From Eledone cirrhosa (Eukaryota), in the NCBI GenBank assembly GCA_964016885.1, contig OZ024763.1, positions 20,088,001 to 20,152,000 on the forward strand: a DNA stretch of 64,000 nucleotides, written 5' to 3'. Positions 16,138-26,880 of the stretch are shown one piece after another. Numbering within the stretch: the first letter of the stretch is position 1; each line of letters begins with the position of its first letter. The notes under the pieces were generated by a model, which saw only the letters and a program-made list of their open reading frames with translations, was not told the DNA's origin and did not search any database. The position numbers and the translations under genes were made by a program.

Positions 16138-16196
16138 GAAAAGAGTCAGAACCCCGATGGCTGAGCTCTGGCTCTTTTGACAGCTAGAACCGAACT
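16138..16196 (-). mobile_element. Short fragment related to the 32695-32880 Penelope-like family
   Basis: Plus strand GGAAAAGAGTCAGAACCCCGATGGCTGAGCTC resembles GGAACGAGTAGGACCCCGACGGCTGAGCTC; flanked by (TA)n. Confidence 0.45.
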
Positions 16197-16429
16197 ATAT
16201 ATATATATATGAGAGTGTGTCTATAGACATATATATTTAGGTTTGATGGTTCACCACTGGATAGAACTGGTCATTCCGTATAGCCAACCGTGATGTAATA
16301 TTAGGAAAATCACTCAATGTTATGCAACTCATCCATCTTTGATGTTGAATCTTGTTGGTGTTTGCTATAATAAATCTTTGAAAAAATTTCACCAGTCTGG
16401 ACTCCTGTCATTTTACTCAATAACATATA

Positions 16430-16898
16430 TATATATATGTGAGAGCGTGTGTCTATATATATGTGTGTGTGTGAGAGTGTGTGTCTATATATATATGTGT
16501 GAGAGTGTATGTCTCTCTATATATGTGAGTGTGTGTGTCTATATATATATATTCGTTTCAAAGTGTGTCTGTGTGAGTGTGTCTATATATATATATATAT
16601 GAGTGTGAGAGTGTGTGTCTATATACGTATGTGTGAGAGTGTATGTCTCTCTATATATGTGTGTGTGTCTATATATATATTCGTTTGAAAGTGTGTGTCT
16701 ATGTGTGAGTGTGTGTGTCTGTATATGAGTGTGTGTCTATATATGTGTGTGTCGATATATATATATTCATTTCAAAGTGTGTCTGTGAGTGTCTATATAT
16801 ATATATATATATGTGAGTGAGAGTGTGTGTCTATATATGTATGTGTGAGAGTGTGTCTCTATATATGTGAGTGTGTCTATATATATATTCGTTTGAAA

Positions 16899-16939
<41 letters not shown>

Positions 16940-17095
16940 GGTGTGTGTCTGTATATGAGATTGTGTGTCTGTATATATGTGTGAGTGTGTGTCTATATAT
17001 GTGTGAGAGTGTGTGTCTACATATGTGTGAGAGTGTGTGTCTACATATGTGTGAGAGTGTATGTCTATATACATATATATATATATATATATAGG
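16430..17095. repeat. Degenerate (GT/GA/TA) minisatellite
   Basis: Seen directly in the sequence. Confidence 0.85.
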
Positions 17096-17423
17096 ATAGA
17101 CTTTTTGTACATCTGTTGGTTTCCTTGAACTATATATATACATGTGTGTGTATAATTTAACTAATACTTATGCTATGACAATATAGTAAAAAATAAATTG
17201 AATTTGTTGTATCTGCTTTGTGTTGTGTCCTTCCTTCATTCTTTAAATAACATCTCTTCTGTATTTCAATCTATAATGAGATAAACACATTGACTCTAAA
17301 TATATCATTAATTGGCAGTTTTAATTATTTTTAGTGAACTCTCTCTCTCTATATATATATATAACTTTAGACAGTCTTGACTATATTCATTCTATGTGCG
17401 AGTACATTTATCATTATATATAT

Positions 17424-17468
<45 letters not shown>

Positions 17469-17562
17469 ATATATGTACATGATACTAGTTGTTTCTCAAC
17501 TAGATATATGAAAGTTACTTTTTGTATAGCGCTTAAATTTGTTTGTATGTATATATATATAT

Positions 17563-18151
17563 GTCAGGTCACTCTTGAGTGCTACTGGTAACATGTAACC
17601 CAGTACAACCTGTCACATGGTCGGGTCGTCAGCGACTAAACTGGCAACCCCACTTGGTGAGGAGGGTGATTTTGGACACCCTGCAGGACAAAAAACAAAA
17701 CCTGACAAAGGGCGGAAGAACTCATAAGAGTCAATGACCATCCAAAAGTGTGTAAATATGTATATACACATATACATATGTATGTATATGTATATGTGTA
17801 TATGCATGGGGACATAGAAATAGTCGGGCTGGACACCCGATCACGCGGTTAAACGACTGGGAGTGAAGGACCCTAGCCTTTGTCAGGGAATTCTTCCAGG
17901 AGAAGGCAACTCAGGAAACTGGGATAACTCCGATATAAAACCTGTGGCTCAGTAGTTACCGATGATGTTGATCTTTTCTTCTTTTCGGGTTGTAGCTACT
18001 GTCACTCAGAGAGTGGGATTGGCTCAGTGCAGTCTTTCCTCACTTTAAAAAATATTTTCATGCACAAGCATTGCATGATAGAATTAATTAATAATTATTA
18101 ATAATGGTATATCGTGCAATGGCCATACTCGATAACGAGGGGGTAGCCATC
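17563..18151 (+). mobile_element. Non-autonomous bipartite RTE derivative
   Basis: 5' module GTCAGGTC..GGTCGGGTCGTCAGCGACTAAACTGGCAACCCC is shared with 28018 and 31173. The 3' tail TCGTGCAATGGCCATACTCGATAACGAGGGGGTAGCCATC matches 30436-30475 with one mismatch. Confidence 0.75.
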
Positions 18152-18513
18152 ATATATATATATATATTGTTAACATGAATGGACCTGCTATTTCAAGCGT
18201 TAACCTAATATATTCCTTCCATATACTGTACCGATTATGTTGTTATTTCTGTTTACCTTTTACATACATATATATATATATGTATATCACGCAATATTAT
18301 TTGAATAATTTGATGTACAATTCTCTCTTGAAACATATAAGGAATTAAAAATGATTTCCATCTTTATATATGATTACATATATATATATATATATATCAT
18401 CATCATCATTGATTAACGTTCATCTTCCACATTAGCATGGGTTAGATGGGTTCCATTTAGAGACAAATTGTGTCGGGTGACTGTGTCTTGCTCATATAGG
18501 GGTGATATATATA

Positions 18514-18607
18514 TAGGGTGTCCCCAAAAATGTATACACACTTCAACAGCATTCTAATAAATATTGCCTCTACAGGGAATTAGTGTGTATACATTTTTGG
18601 AACACTG
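18514..18607. mobile_element. About 100-bp Tc1/mariner-type MITE
   Basis: (C/T)AGGGTGTCCCCAAAAATGTATACACAC..GTGTGTATACATTTTTGGAACACTG in TA context. Second copy at 62208-62307. Confidence 0.7.
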
Positions 18608-18614
18608 TTATATA

Positions 18615-18700
18615 TTACTTTGGTTACCCCCGATTGGACCCGGGATAAACTTATATATATATAAGTTTATCCTGGGTCCAATCGGGGGTAACCACAGTAA
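18615..18700. repeat. Near-perfect palindrome centred on a (TA)n run
   Basis: TGGTTACCCCCGATTGGACCCGGGATAAACTTATA..TATAAGTTTATCCTGGGTCCAATCGGGGGTAACCA. Confidence 0.9.
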
Positions 18701-18739
18701 GTAAGGTACTCAATACAAAGTAGAATATAAATATTTATA

Positions 18740-18786
18740 CTTCCTGATGATTTCTCACGAATGAAACAGTTCTAGTCCTGTAGAAG
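18740..18786 (+). ncRNA. Type I hammerhead ribozyme motif
   Basis: CTTC-CTGATGA-T[TTC tcac GAA]T-GAAA-[CAG ttctagtc CTG]-TA^-GAAG. All three stems form. A 5'-damaged copy lies at about 34368-34410. Confidence 0.7.
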
Positions 18787-19266
18787 CTTTTCTATATTAA
18801 ATATATATATATATATATATACACACACAGAGATATCCACGGTAAGTTGTGGGGTCTAGTCTGCATGAAGAACTCAATGTAATCCATGTTGAAAATGTTT
18901 TAGGTTAAAATAAATCCCAGAAAACAATAAAACATTAAAAGGAAAACAGAGTCATGATACAAGTTAAAACAATGAAATAAAAATTCAAGTCATTAGAAGT
19001 ATATTTCTAATGACTTGGATTTTTATTTCATTGTTTTAACTTATATATATAAACTTGCACTAATTTTAGGTTTAATCAATACATATAAAAATATATATCA
19101 ATAATATTTCTCAGTATAAAGTTCCATAAACTTCAGTTCAAAACATAAACCATATGTTTAAACAGTATATAACAGGCTCTATCAATTGAGAAACAAACTA
19201 TATATGTACAAAATATTAGGTGTTTCTCAATTCATATAGCCTGTTATATATCTTTTAAACTTTATA

Positions 19267-19468
19267 CATATATTGTTATACTTTGGGAGGGTAATGCTGC
19301 CAATAAAAACACACGCACCTGTTAGTTTTCTGGTTAGATGGTTCACTAGACACAAAATAACAAATCAGTCTCTGAGGAGGTCACAGATGTGTGACGAAAG
19401 AGCTTGTGAAAACCTAAGGTGCGTGTGTTTTTCTAGGCATCATGACCCTCCCAAAGTATAACAATATG
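19267..19468 (+). mobile_element. Penelope-like fold-back element with a partial hammerhead core
   Basis: Terminal inverted repeat TTGTTATACTTTGGGAGGGT..AAAAACACACGCACCT. Core CTGAGGA-G[GTCACA gatg TGTGAC]-GAAA at 19372-19399; stem I is not evident. Confidence 0.55.
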
Positions 19469-19629
19469 TTTCAACACACGTTTTCAGATAAGAAATCTTG
19501 CAAAACAAATTTAAAAATGAATTATATATATATATTTACATTTGCCATATAAAACAATATATATATATGCAAAACAAATTAAAAAACGAAATATATATAT
19601 ATTTACATTTGCCATATAAAACAATATAT

Positions 19630-20271
19630 GGCGATATCCAATTTTAGTGGACTAAATGCTGCTTACGTGCTGTAGTTGCTGCTTACTTCAATGTATGAGG
19701 CTATTCCAACAAATTTACATTCCCCTTTTTTTAGCCGTTAAAAGAAATATAGATTTATTTATTGTTTTGTTTTTTTGCGATTTATTTGCCACTAGAGCAA
19801 AAATCAAGTACAAACATTTAACGAGTGATTAAAAGGGAATATCAAACATTAAGTCCTCAATAGAGAGGCAGCCTTTTGGGGTCACACACACACCCGTATA
19901 AAGTGTGCGACCTTTCTGCCAGGGAGCACAGAGAGAGGGGGGTGCTCCCTTCTTCTCTTACCTGTACAAGCCGATATAGAGAGATGGCCCACTTACACGG
20001 GCCATTATTGCTACTTTCGCTACCCGCCTAATGCTCTAGTGGCAAATAAATAGCCAAAAAACAAACAAAAAAACAAACAAAAACGTGGCAAATAAAGAAA
20101 TCTTTGCCCCAGTGGCAAATAAATCGCAAAAAAAAACAATAAATAATTCTATATTTCTTTTAATGGCTAAAAAAAAGGGAGTGTAAATTTGTTGGAATAG
20201 CCTCATACATTGAAGTAAGCAGCAACTACAGCACATAAGCAGCATTTAGTCCACTAAAATTGGATATCGCC
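19630..20271. mobile_element. MITE with about 175-bp TIRs and an 8-bp TSD (Merlin- or MULE-type)
   Basis: TIRs start GGCGATATCCAATTTTAGTGGACTAAATGCTGC. TSD CAATATAT at 19622-19629 and 20272-20279. Confidence 0.85.
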
Positions 20272-20337
20272 CAATATATATATATAATATAAAAAAACAA
20301 AACAGCAACAGTAAATTAAACATAAAACTACGGAACT

Positions 20338-20343
20338 TTTATT
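20338..20343 (-). promoter_or_regulatory. Candidate polyadenylation signal of DTD1
   Basis: AATAAA on the minus strand about 125 nt after the stop codon. The context is AT-rich, so it could be chance. Confidence 0.35.
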
Positions 20344-20396
20344 AGTTTCATTTCTCGCCAATTTTCCTTTTCTCTCTATCTGTATTTACAAAGTTT

Positions 20397-20494
20397 GGTT
20401 CACTTTTCCCCTGAATTCGTTTCACTTTTTCTCCGAATTCGTTTCACTTTTTCTCCGAATTCGTTTCACTTTTTCTCCGAATCCGTTTCATTTT
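20397..20494. repeat. 22-bp tandem repeat (about 4 copies) spanning the DTD1 stop codon
   Basis: GTTTCACTTTTTCTCCGAATTC repeated. Confidence 0.85.
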
Positions 20495-20963
20495 CCGGCG
20501 GAGGTTTTGGGCGATTCGGTGTAATTTCAAGAGGTATGGTGACTGGGCCATCGTTTTCGATATTGACACTCATATAAGCACCGAATTTACCGTCTTGCAC
20601 TTTGTCGGCATCGTAGGAAGCTCGAAGTTTCTCCAGGAAATTGTTATAAAATTGCTGCGACGAATCCGGACCCATTGAATCGTGATAATCCGGCTTGTTA
20701 CCTTTGAGAGAACACATTAAGGTGAACTGACTTACGCACAGTATTTCCAATTGTCGGTCCATCACGCTTTTGTTCCATCGCTTACCATTGTCGTCCTCGA
20801 ATACTCTTAAGTTTAAGACCTTTCTCACCATATATTCCATCTCTTTGGTAGTATCATAACGTCCTATGCCGATCAGCAAACACAGTCCTTTGCCGATAGA
20901 ACTAATTAATTCGTTGTTAACCGAAACACTGGCCTTGGTCACACGTTGCGCAATGATTTTCAT
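20466..20963 (-). CDS. DTD1: D-aminoacyl-tRNA deacylase 1 (D-Tyr-tRNA deacylase), 165 aa, single coding exon
   Basis: Intact ORF with QRV, LRVF..GKRW..SV, SQFTL, KGNKPD, G.FGAYM and NDGPVT motifs, which are diagnostic of DTD1. Confidence 0.95.
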   Translation of the reverse strand: MKIIAQRVTKASVSVNNELISSIGKGLCLLIGIGRYDTTKEMEYMVRKVLNLRVFEDDNGKRWNKSVMDRQLEILCVSQFTLMCSLKGNKPDYHDSMGPDSSQQFYNNFLEKLRASYDADKVQDGKFGAYMSVNIENDGPVTIPLEITPNRPKPPPENETDSEKK

Positions 20964-21198
20964 TATTGTCTGTAAAAGAGGGGACTGAAGAAACCGTCGT
21001 TATTTAGAGGGTAACGTCCTTATTGCATCATAAAAAGCGACTGAGGTAGAGAAGAGAAGATCAGAGCACCGGTAAAAGAGAAAGTTAGAATTGCCTCCCT
21101 TTATTTACAATTCGGGGAGCGGTTGTTAATTGGACTAAGACCGGTCATTGTCGTAACAGAAGGGAGTAATTATTATTACGATTAATATCGTAACATTT

Positions 21199-21211
21199 GT
21201 TGCCGGGTAAC
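21199..21211. promoter_or_regulatory. X-box (RFX)-like motif upstream of DTD1
   Basis: GTTGCC-G-GGTAAC fits GTNRCC(N0-3)RGYAAC; about 240 bp upstream of the ATG. Confidence 0.35.
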
Positions 21212-21339
21212 AAACAATTTTTATCTAGCAAAATAGTAAACAGCTATGACAGAAATTAAAAAAAAAAGAATCTTTTCACAGTCATAAGAAAGAACACTCA
21301 AGTGTCACTACCACAACCATACGAGCCCGGGTGGTATGA

Positions 21340-21738
21340 TGAAACACTATCTGGTGTGTAGAACCACAGACACAAACCGTCTCGTAGTTCCCGGGGGAGA
21401 GCACAGAATGATAGAATGGAGTAAGTGCTACTGAAACCTTAGGCTCTGCTGCACCTCGGGCCGAGGAGGGTAAACTCTTCAAATATCGGTCGCACTTCGA
21501 CAGGCTTGCGGTCGAGTCCGTGACAGTGGAGGCTTCTGGTGTCCTTGGCCCTAGGGCCACCTCCCTATTCACCACCATCGGCACAGTTGGCTACCCGCAG
21601 GTGTGAGCCTTGCTCGCTGGAATGGCTCTTCTAGCACGTCTCTTTTACCATACTCCGGGGAAAAGCTTTCTCTATACTGACCGTCAGGGGGCGCTTGGCA
21701 GCCAGCGCCTGGGTCCCCATTTGTTCATAATAGTGAGA

Positions 21739-21773
<35 letters not shown>

Positions 21774-21836
21774 CAGGAGAAACGGAAGCAGTGACAGTGG
21801 GGGTTTAGTTCCTTTGTGTCCGAACCTCGTGTATAT
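21340..21836 (+). mobile_element. Degenerate CRE-type non-LTR retrotransposon 3' end (restriction-like endonuclease)
   Basis: GSAAPRAEEGKLFKY..VEASGVLGPRATSLFTTIG..CEPCSLEWLF*HVSFTILRGKAFSIL resembles the CRE RLE pattern AE..K..KY..P.AVET.G..G..EPR..WL.QR.S..I.RGNA. Confidence 0.7.
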
Positions 21837-22054
21837 GTATGTTTCACAGACACACACTCATGTATGTGACCCTAGCCACTAGATCTCGTATTATCTTATT
21901 TTCTGTATCTCCTCCCTTTCCTTGCATATTTACTTGTGCGTATCTGTTTTTAGTTACACCAGAAGATAGGTGTGTAGGTAGACGTGTTGAAATAGACATT
22001 ACAACACTGGCGGAACTAACCTCTTTTAGTGACCAACTCTATCACGATAGCAGT

Positions 22055-22470
22055 TAGTAGGGAGGTAGGTTCGGCTACCCAGAACGCCAGAACTTTCCAC
22101 TACTGTAGGTTTAAAGAGACAGTTCATATCATGAGGCTCATTCGTGTGGGTGGCCGACTGCGTTCCCGATAATACTGGGTATGAACAGTGCCGGATTTCG
22201 GACAAATGAGGCCCTGCGCTAATTTAGTTATGAGGCCCTTTATTTGTGCCCTGAAGGAGGTGAAAAATTTTGGGGTGGGGTAGGAAGATTCCCCCCCCCC
22301 CTGGCCGTGTGCACACCTCTAAGCACAATGGTAATCCGGCACTTGGTACGAAGGTGATTCGGGGACCCAAGATGCCAGAGGTCTCCACTGCTATAGGTTT
22401 AATAAGACAGTTCACTTCGCGGGGCTTACTTCTTCGGGTGGGCAACTCTACCCCGATAGCAGTGGCGAAG
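22055..22470 (-). mobile_element. Two further CRE-type RLE fragments, one interrupted by a hAT MITE
   Basis: NCLIKPIAVETSGILGPR and NCLFKPTVVESSGVLGSR on the minus strand. Confidence 0.6.
22186..22344. mobile_element. hAT-type MITE
   Basis: TIR CAGTGCCGGATT / AATCCGGCACTT; 8-bp TSD GGTATGAA / GGTACGAA. Confidence 0.75.
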
Positions 22471-22527
22471 AGCACCGGATGTCTTCACTGCTATAAGTTG
22501 TCTGTGTGTTTAGATATGCAGTATGAA

Positions 22528-23012
22528 GGTGGTTAGGCTGTTCAGCTGACGATAGCAAGATCGGGAGTTCGATACCCAGCAGTGCGTCGTGTCCTTGAAC
22601 AAGACATTTTATTTCATGTTGCTCCAGTCTGTTCAGCTGTACCTTTAAGGTTAAGGGTGCAGTCCATATTGTATTGTAGAGTATCTGTAATGACACGCTG
22701 TCATGCCGAATCTCCCTGAGGACTATTACGTTAAGAGTGCACGTGTCTGTGGAAATACACAGCCACTTGCAGTCCATCTTGTATTGTAGAGTACCCGTAA
22801 TGACACGCTGTCACGCCGAATCTCCCTGAGGACTATGTCGTCAAGAGTCCACGTGTCTATGGAAATACACAGCCACTTGCAGTCCATTTTGTATTGTAGT
22901 AGTATATATGTGATTCATAGCTGCTACCAACCAGACTTATGACACGCTGTCACGCTGAATCTCCCTGAGGCCTACCTCAAGAGTCCACATGTCTGTGGAA
23001 TGCTCAGCCACT
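22528..23012 (+). mobile_element. tRNA-derived SINE family 2 (CORE/V-like core) with its 3' segment triplicated
   Basis: GGTGGTTAGG..GAGTTCGATACC..GTGTCCTTGAACAAGACATTTTATTTCATGTTGCTCCAGTC. TGACACGCTGTCA..GAATCTCCCTGAG occurs three times. Confidence 0.7.
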
Positions 23013-23109
23013 TTAAATGGCAGTTCTCGGGGGCCTAGTGGGAGGTGTTAGAGACGGTGGAGATCCTGGTCTGGGGTTCAATCCTGGCCAGTATCTACAT
23101 TAAGAGGGC

Positions 23110-23420
23110 CTTACTAAACTTTTTCGGTCAAGCCCGTAGCAGTGGAGACTTCCGGTGCACTTGACCCTAGGACCACCTCCCTACTCACCACCATCGGCAC
23201 GGATTTGGATACCAGCAGGTGTGAGCCTCGCATGCTGGAATGGCTCTTCCAGTGCGTCTCCCTCACCATCCTCCGGGGAAACGCCGGAGGATGGTGAGGA
23301 AGCGCAGAGTGGCCAGCGCGTGGGCCCCCATTTGCTCATAACAGTAAAAGATGGAGAGACGGAGGGAGTGACAGTGGGAGTTTGGTTCCTTTGTGTTCGG
23401 ACCTGGTGTATAGGAGAGAT
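23110..23420 (+). mobile_element. CRE-type RLE 3' end, paralog of 21500-21836
   Basis: VKPVAVETSGALDPRTTSLLTTIGTDLDTSRCEPRMLEWLFQCVSLTILRGNA. Confidence 0.75.
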
Positions 23421-24920
23421 GGGGAGAGCTGGAGAGATGGAGGCAGTGACAGTGAGTTTGGTTCCTTTGTGTTCGGACCTGGTGTATATGAGAGATGGGG
23501 AGAGCTGGAGAGATGGAGGCAGTGACAGTGGGAGTTTGGTTCCTTTGTGTTCGGACCTGGTGTATATGAGAGATGGGGAGAGCTGGAGAGATGGAGGCAG
23601 TGACAGTGGGAGTTTGGTTCCTTTGTGTTCGGGCCTGGTGTATATGAGAGATGGGGAGAGCTGGAGAGATGGAGGCAGTGACAGTGGGAGTTTGGTTCCT
23701 TTGTGTTCGGACCTGGTGTATAGGAGAGATGGGGAGAGCTGGAGAGATGGAGGCAGTGACAGTGGGAGTTTGGTTCCTTTGTGTTCGGACCTGGTGTATA
23801 TGAGAGATGGAGGCAGTGACAGTGGGAGTTTGGTTCCTTTGTGTTCGGACCTGGTGTATATGAGAGATGGGGAGAGCTGGAGAGATGCAGGCAGTGACAG
23901 TGGGAGTTTGGTTCCTTTGTGTTCGGACCTGGTGTATATGAGAGATGGGGAGAGCTGGAGAGATGGAGGCAGTGACAGTGGGAGTTTGGTTCCTTTGTGT
24001 TCGGACCTGGTGTATAGGAGAGATGGGGAGAGATGGAGGCAGTGACAGTGGGAGTTTGGTTCCTTTGTGTTCGGACCTGGTGTATAGGAGAGATGGGGAG
24101 AGCTGGAGAGATGGAGGCAGTGACAGTGGGAGTTTGGTTCCTTTGTGTTCGGACCTGGTGTATATGAGAGATGGGGAGAGATGCAGGCAGTGACAGTGGG
24201 AGTTTGGTTCCTTTGTGTTCGGACCTGGTGTATATGAGAGATGGGGAGAGATGCAGGCAGTGACAGTGGGAGTTTGGTTCCTTTGTGTTCGGACCTGGTG
24301 TATATGAGAGATGGGGAGAGATGCAGGCAGTGACAGTGGGAGTTTGGTTCCTTTGTGTTCGGACCTGGTGTATAGGAGAGATGGGGAGAGCTGGAGAGAT
24401 GGAGGCAGTGACAGTGGGAGTTTGGTTCCTTTGTGTTCGGACCTGGTGTATATGAGAGATGGGGAGAGCTGGAGAGATGGAGGCAGTGACAGTGGGAGTT
24501 TGGTTCCTTTGTGTTCGGACCTGGTGTATATGAGAGATGGAGGCAGTGACAGTGGGAGTTTGGTTCCTTTGTGTTCGGACCTGGTGTATATGAGAGATGG
24601 GGAGAGCTGGAGAGATGGAGGCAGTGACAGTGGGAGTTTGGTTCCTTTGTGTTCGGACCTGGTGTATATGAGAGATGGAGGCAGTGACAGTGGGAGTTTG
24701 GTTCCTTTGTGTTCGGACCTGGTGTATATGAGAGATGGGGAGAGCTGGAGAGACGGAGGCAGTGACAGTGGGAGTTTGGTTCCTTTGTGTTCGGACCTGG
24801 TGTATAGGAGAGATGGGGAGAGTGGGAGAGATGGAGGCAGTGACAGTGGGAGTTTGGTTCCTTTGTGTTCGGACCTGGTGTATAGGAGAGATGGGGAGAG
24901 CAGCTGGAGAGACGGAGGCA
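23350..24920. repeat. 78-bp minisatellite (70- and 60-bp variants), about 21 copies
   Basis: GAGAGATGGGGAGAGCTGGAGAGATGGAGGCAGTGACAGTGGGAGTTTGGTTCCTTTGTGTTCGGACCTGGTGTATAT. Confidence 0.95.
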
Positions 24921-24946
24921 ATTTAATGTAACCCCTATGTTTATAA

Positions 24947-25107
24947 TTGTTTCTACTTTTGGCATCAGGCCAGCAATAACCTAGTACATTACTGGTACTT
25001 TATTTTATCGACCCCGTAAGGATGAAAGTAAAAATTAATTTCGGCGGGATTTGAACTCTGTCTATAAAGGGACGTAACTCTGTGCTGGAAAGCATGGCAT
25101 CCAACCC
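24947..25107 (-). mobile_element. SINE family 1 copy
   Basis: Core and box B sequence. Confidence 0.8.
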
Positions 25108-25349
25108 ATTAGTGTTGTTAGTTTTTTACTAAACAACCAAATATATCTTTTATAAAAAAAAAAAAAAAAAAAAAACAAACGAAAGAAAAAAATTAAAGTG
25201 AAAGTAATGGAAAGGTGGGGTGGGGGGTATAGACTGTACACCCCCAGTCTGTGGTTGTAATTCAGTTGCACCCCCCGGGGGGGGGGGGGCATAACAGCGA
25301 GGGTATATAAATGTAACTGTGGAGGACAGCCAGCGACACCCACTGCACC

Positions 25350-25640
25350 AGCCACTACCCCCCCCAACTAACCACTACCCCACCACCTACCCCGAACTAC
25401 CCTCCCCCCTGAACTAACCCCTACTCCCCCCTGAACTAACCACTACTCCCCCCTGAACTAACCACTACCCGACCCCCCTGAACTAACCACTAGCCCCACC
25501 CCCTGAACTAACCACTAGCCCCACCCCCTGAACTAACCACTACTCCCCCCTGAACTAACCACTACCCGACCCCCCTGAACTAACCACTACCCCACCCCCT
25601 GAACTAACCCCTACCCCGCCTCCTGAACTAGCCACCACAA
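25350..25640. repeat. About 24-bp C-rich minisatellite (CCCCCTGAACTAACCACTAC)
   Basis: Seen directly; the minus strand has repeated G runs. Confidence 0.85.
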
Positions 25641-25758
25641 CTCCATTACTCTACCCCACGGGGAGGAACTCTTTCCTTCCTCGGGGCAGACAGACAGATA
25701 GACAGACAGGCTGGAGGGAGGGAGGGAGGGATTCACCCCCCCCCCATTTTGCCAGAGA

Positions 25759-25836
<78 letters not shown>

Positions 25837-26109
25837 AAAAAAAACGGTAGGTCACGGGCAGGCAGGGAGTGTGGTGGGAGTCCAACGCTCGTCATCGAAG
25901 GCGACGGAGGACCAAGAGTGTTTTGGTATGTGGTGGGTGGTGTTGGTGTATTGACATTTTGACTCTCCTCCCTTGGTTGTTCCACCATTGCGGGGGTCCT
26001 AACTTACAGGAGCTGGTGTCGCTTTTGATCAACACATTTCTGTTGTTTTGTTTGACAGAGAAAAACTATTTCTATATAAAATAAGCGCGTTTCTACGTAA
26101 ACATGGACT

Positions 26110-26355
26110 GACTTACACACACACAGATATACACATACACACACATGGATACATATACGTTCACACACATTCATACACACACAGATATACACATACACAC
26201 ACATGGATACATATACGTTCACACACATTCATACACACACATTCATATATATATATATATATAGTAGAATAATCGAGTATCATGAATGTGTATGAGCGTA
26301 TATATATGTGTGAGTGTATATGAATGTGCGTGCGTGTATATGACTGTGTGTGAGC

Positions 26356-26403
<48 letters not shown>

Positions 26404-26841
26404 GCTCACACACAGTCATATACACGCACGCACATTCATATACACTCACACATATATATATACGCTCATACACATTCATATACACTCACGCATATATACG
26501 CTCATACACATTCATACACACACACACACATATATATATACGCTTCCACACATTCATATACACTCACACACATATATATATATATACGCTCAGACACATT
26601 CATATACACTCACACACATATATATATATACGCTTATACACATTCATATACACTCACATATATATACGCTCATACACATTCATATACACCCACACACATA
26701 TATATATACGCTTCCACACATTCATATACACTCACACATATATATATACGCTTCCACACATTCATATACACTCACACATATATATACGCTCATACACATT
26801 CATATACACACACATATATATATACGCTCATACACATTCAT

Positions 26842-26880
<39 letters not shown>

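Noticed and set aside
20466-20963. ATD/DTD2-type deacylase or bacterial contaminant
   Set aside because: Motifs are SQFTL and NDGPVT (DTD1), not PQATL/TNGP. The eukaryote-type GKRW..SV segment is present, and the flanks are animal repeats.
23155-24965. Long repetitive ORFs on both strands
   Set aside because: Translations of the 78/70/60-bp minisatellite; the 70-bp units shift the frame.
25350-25640. Telomeric repeat
   Set aside because: Contains CTAACC-like words, but the unit is about 24 bp rather than a (TTAGGG)n array.
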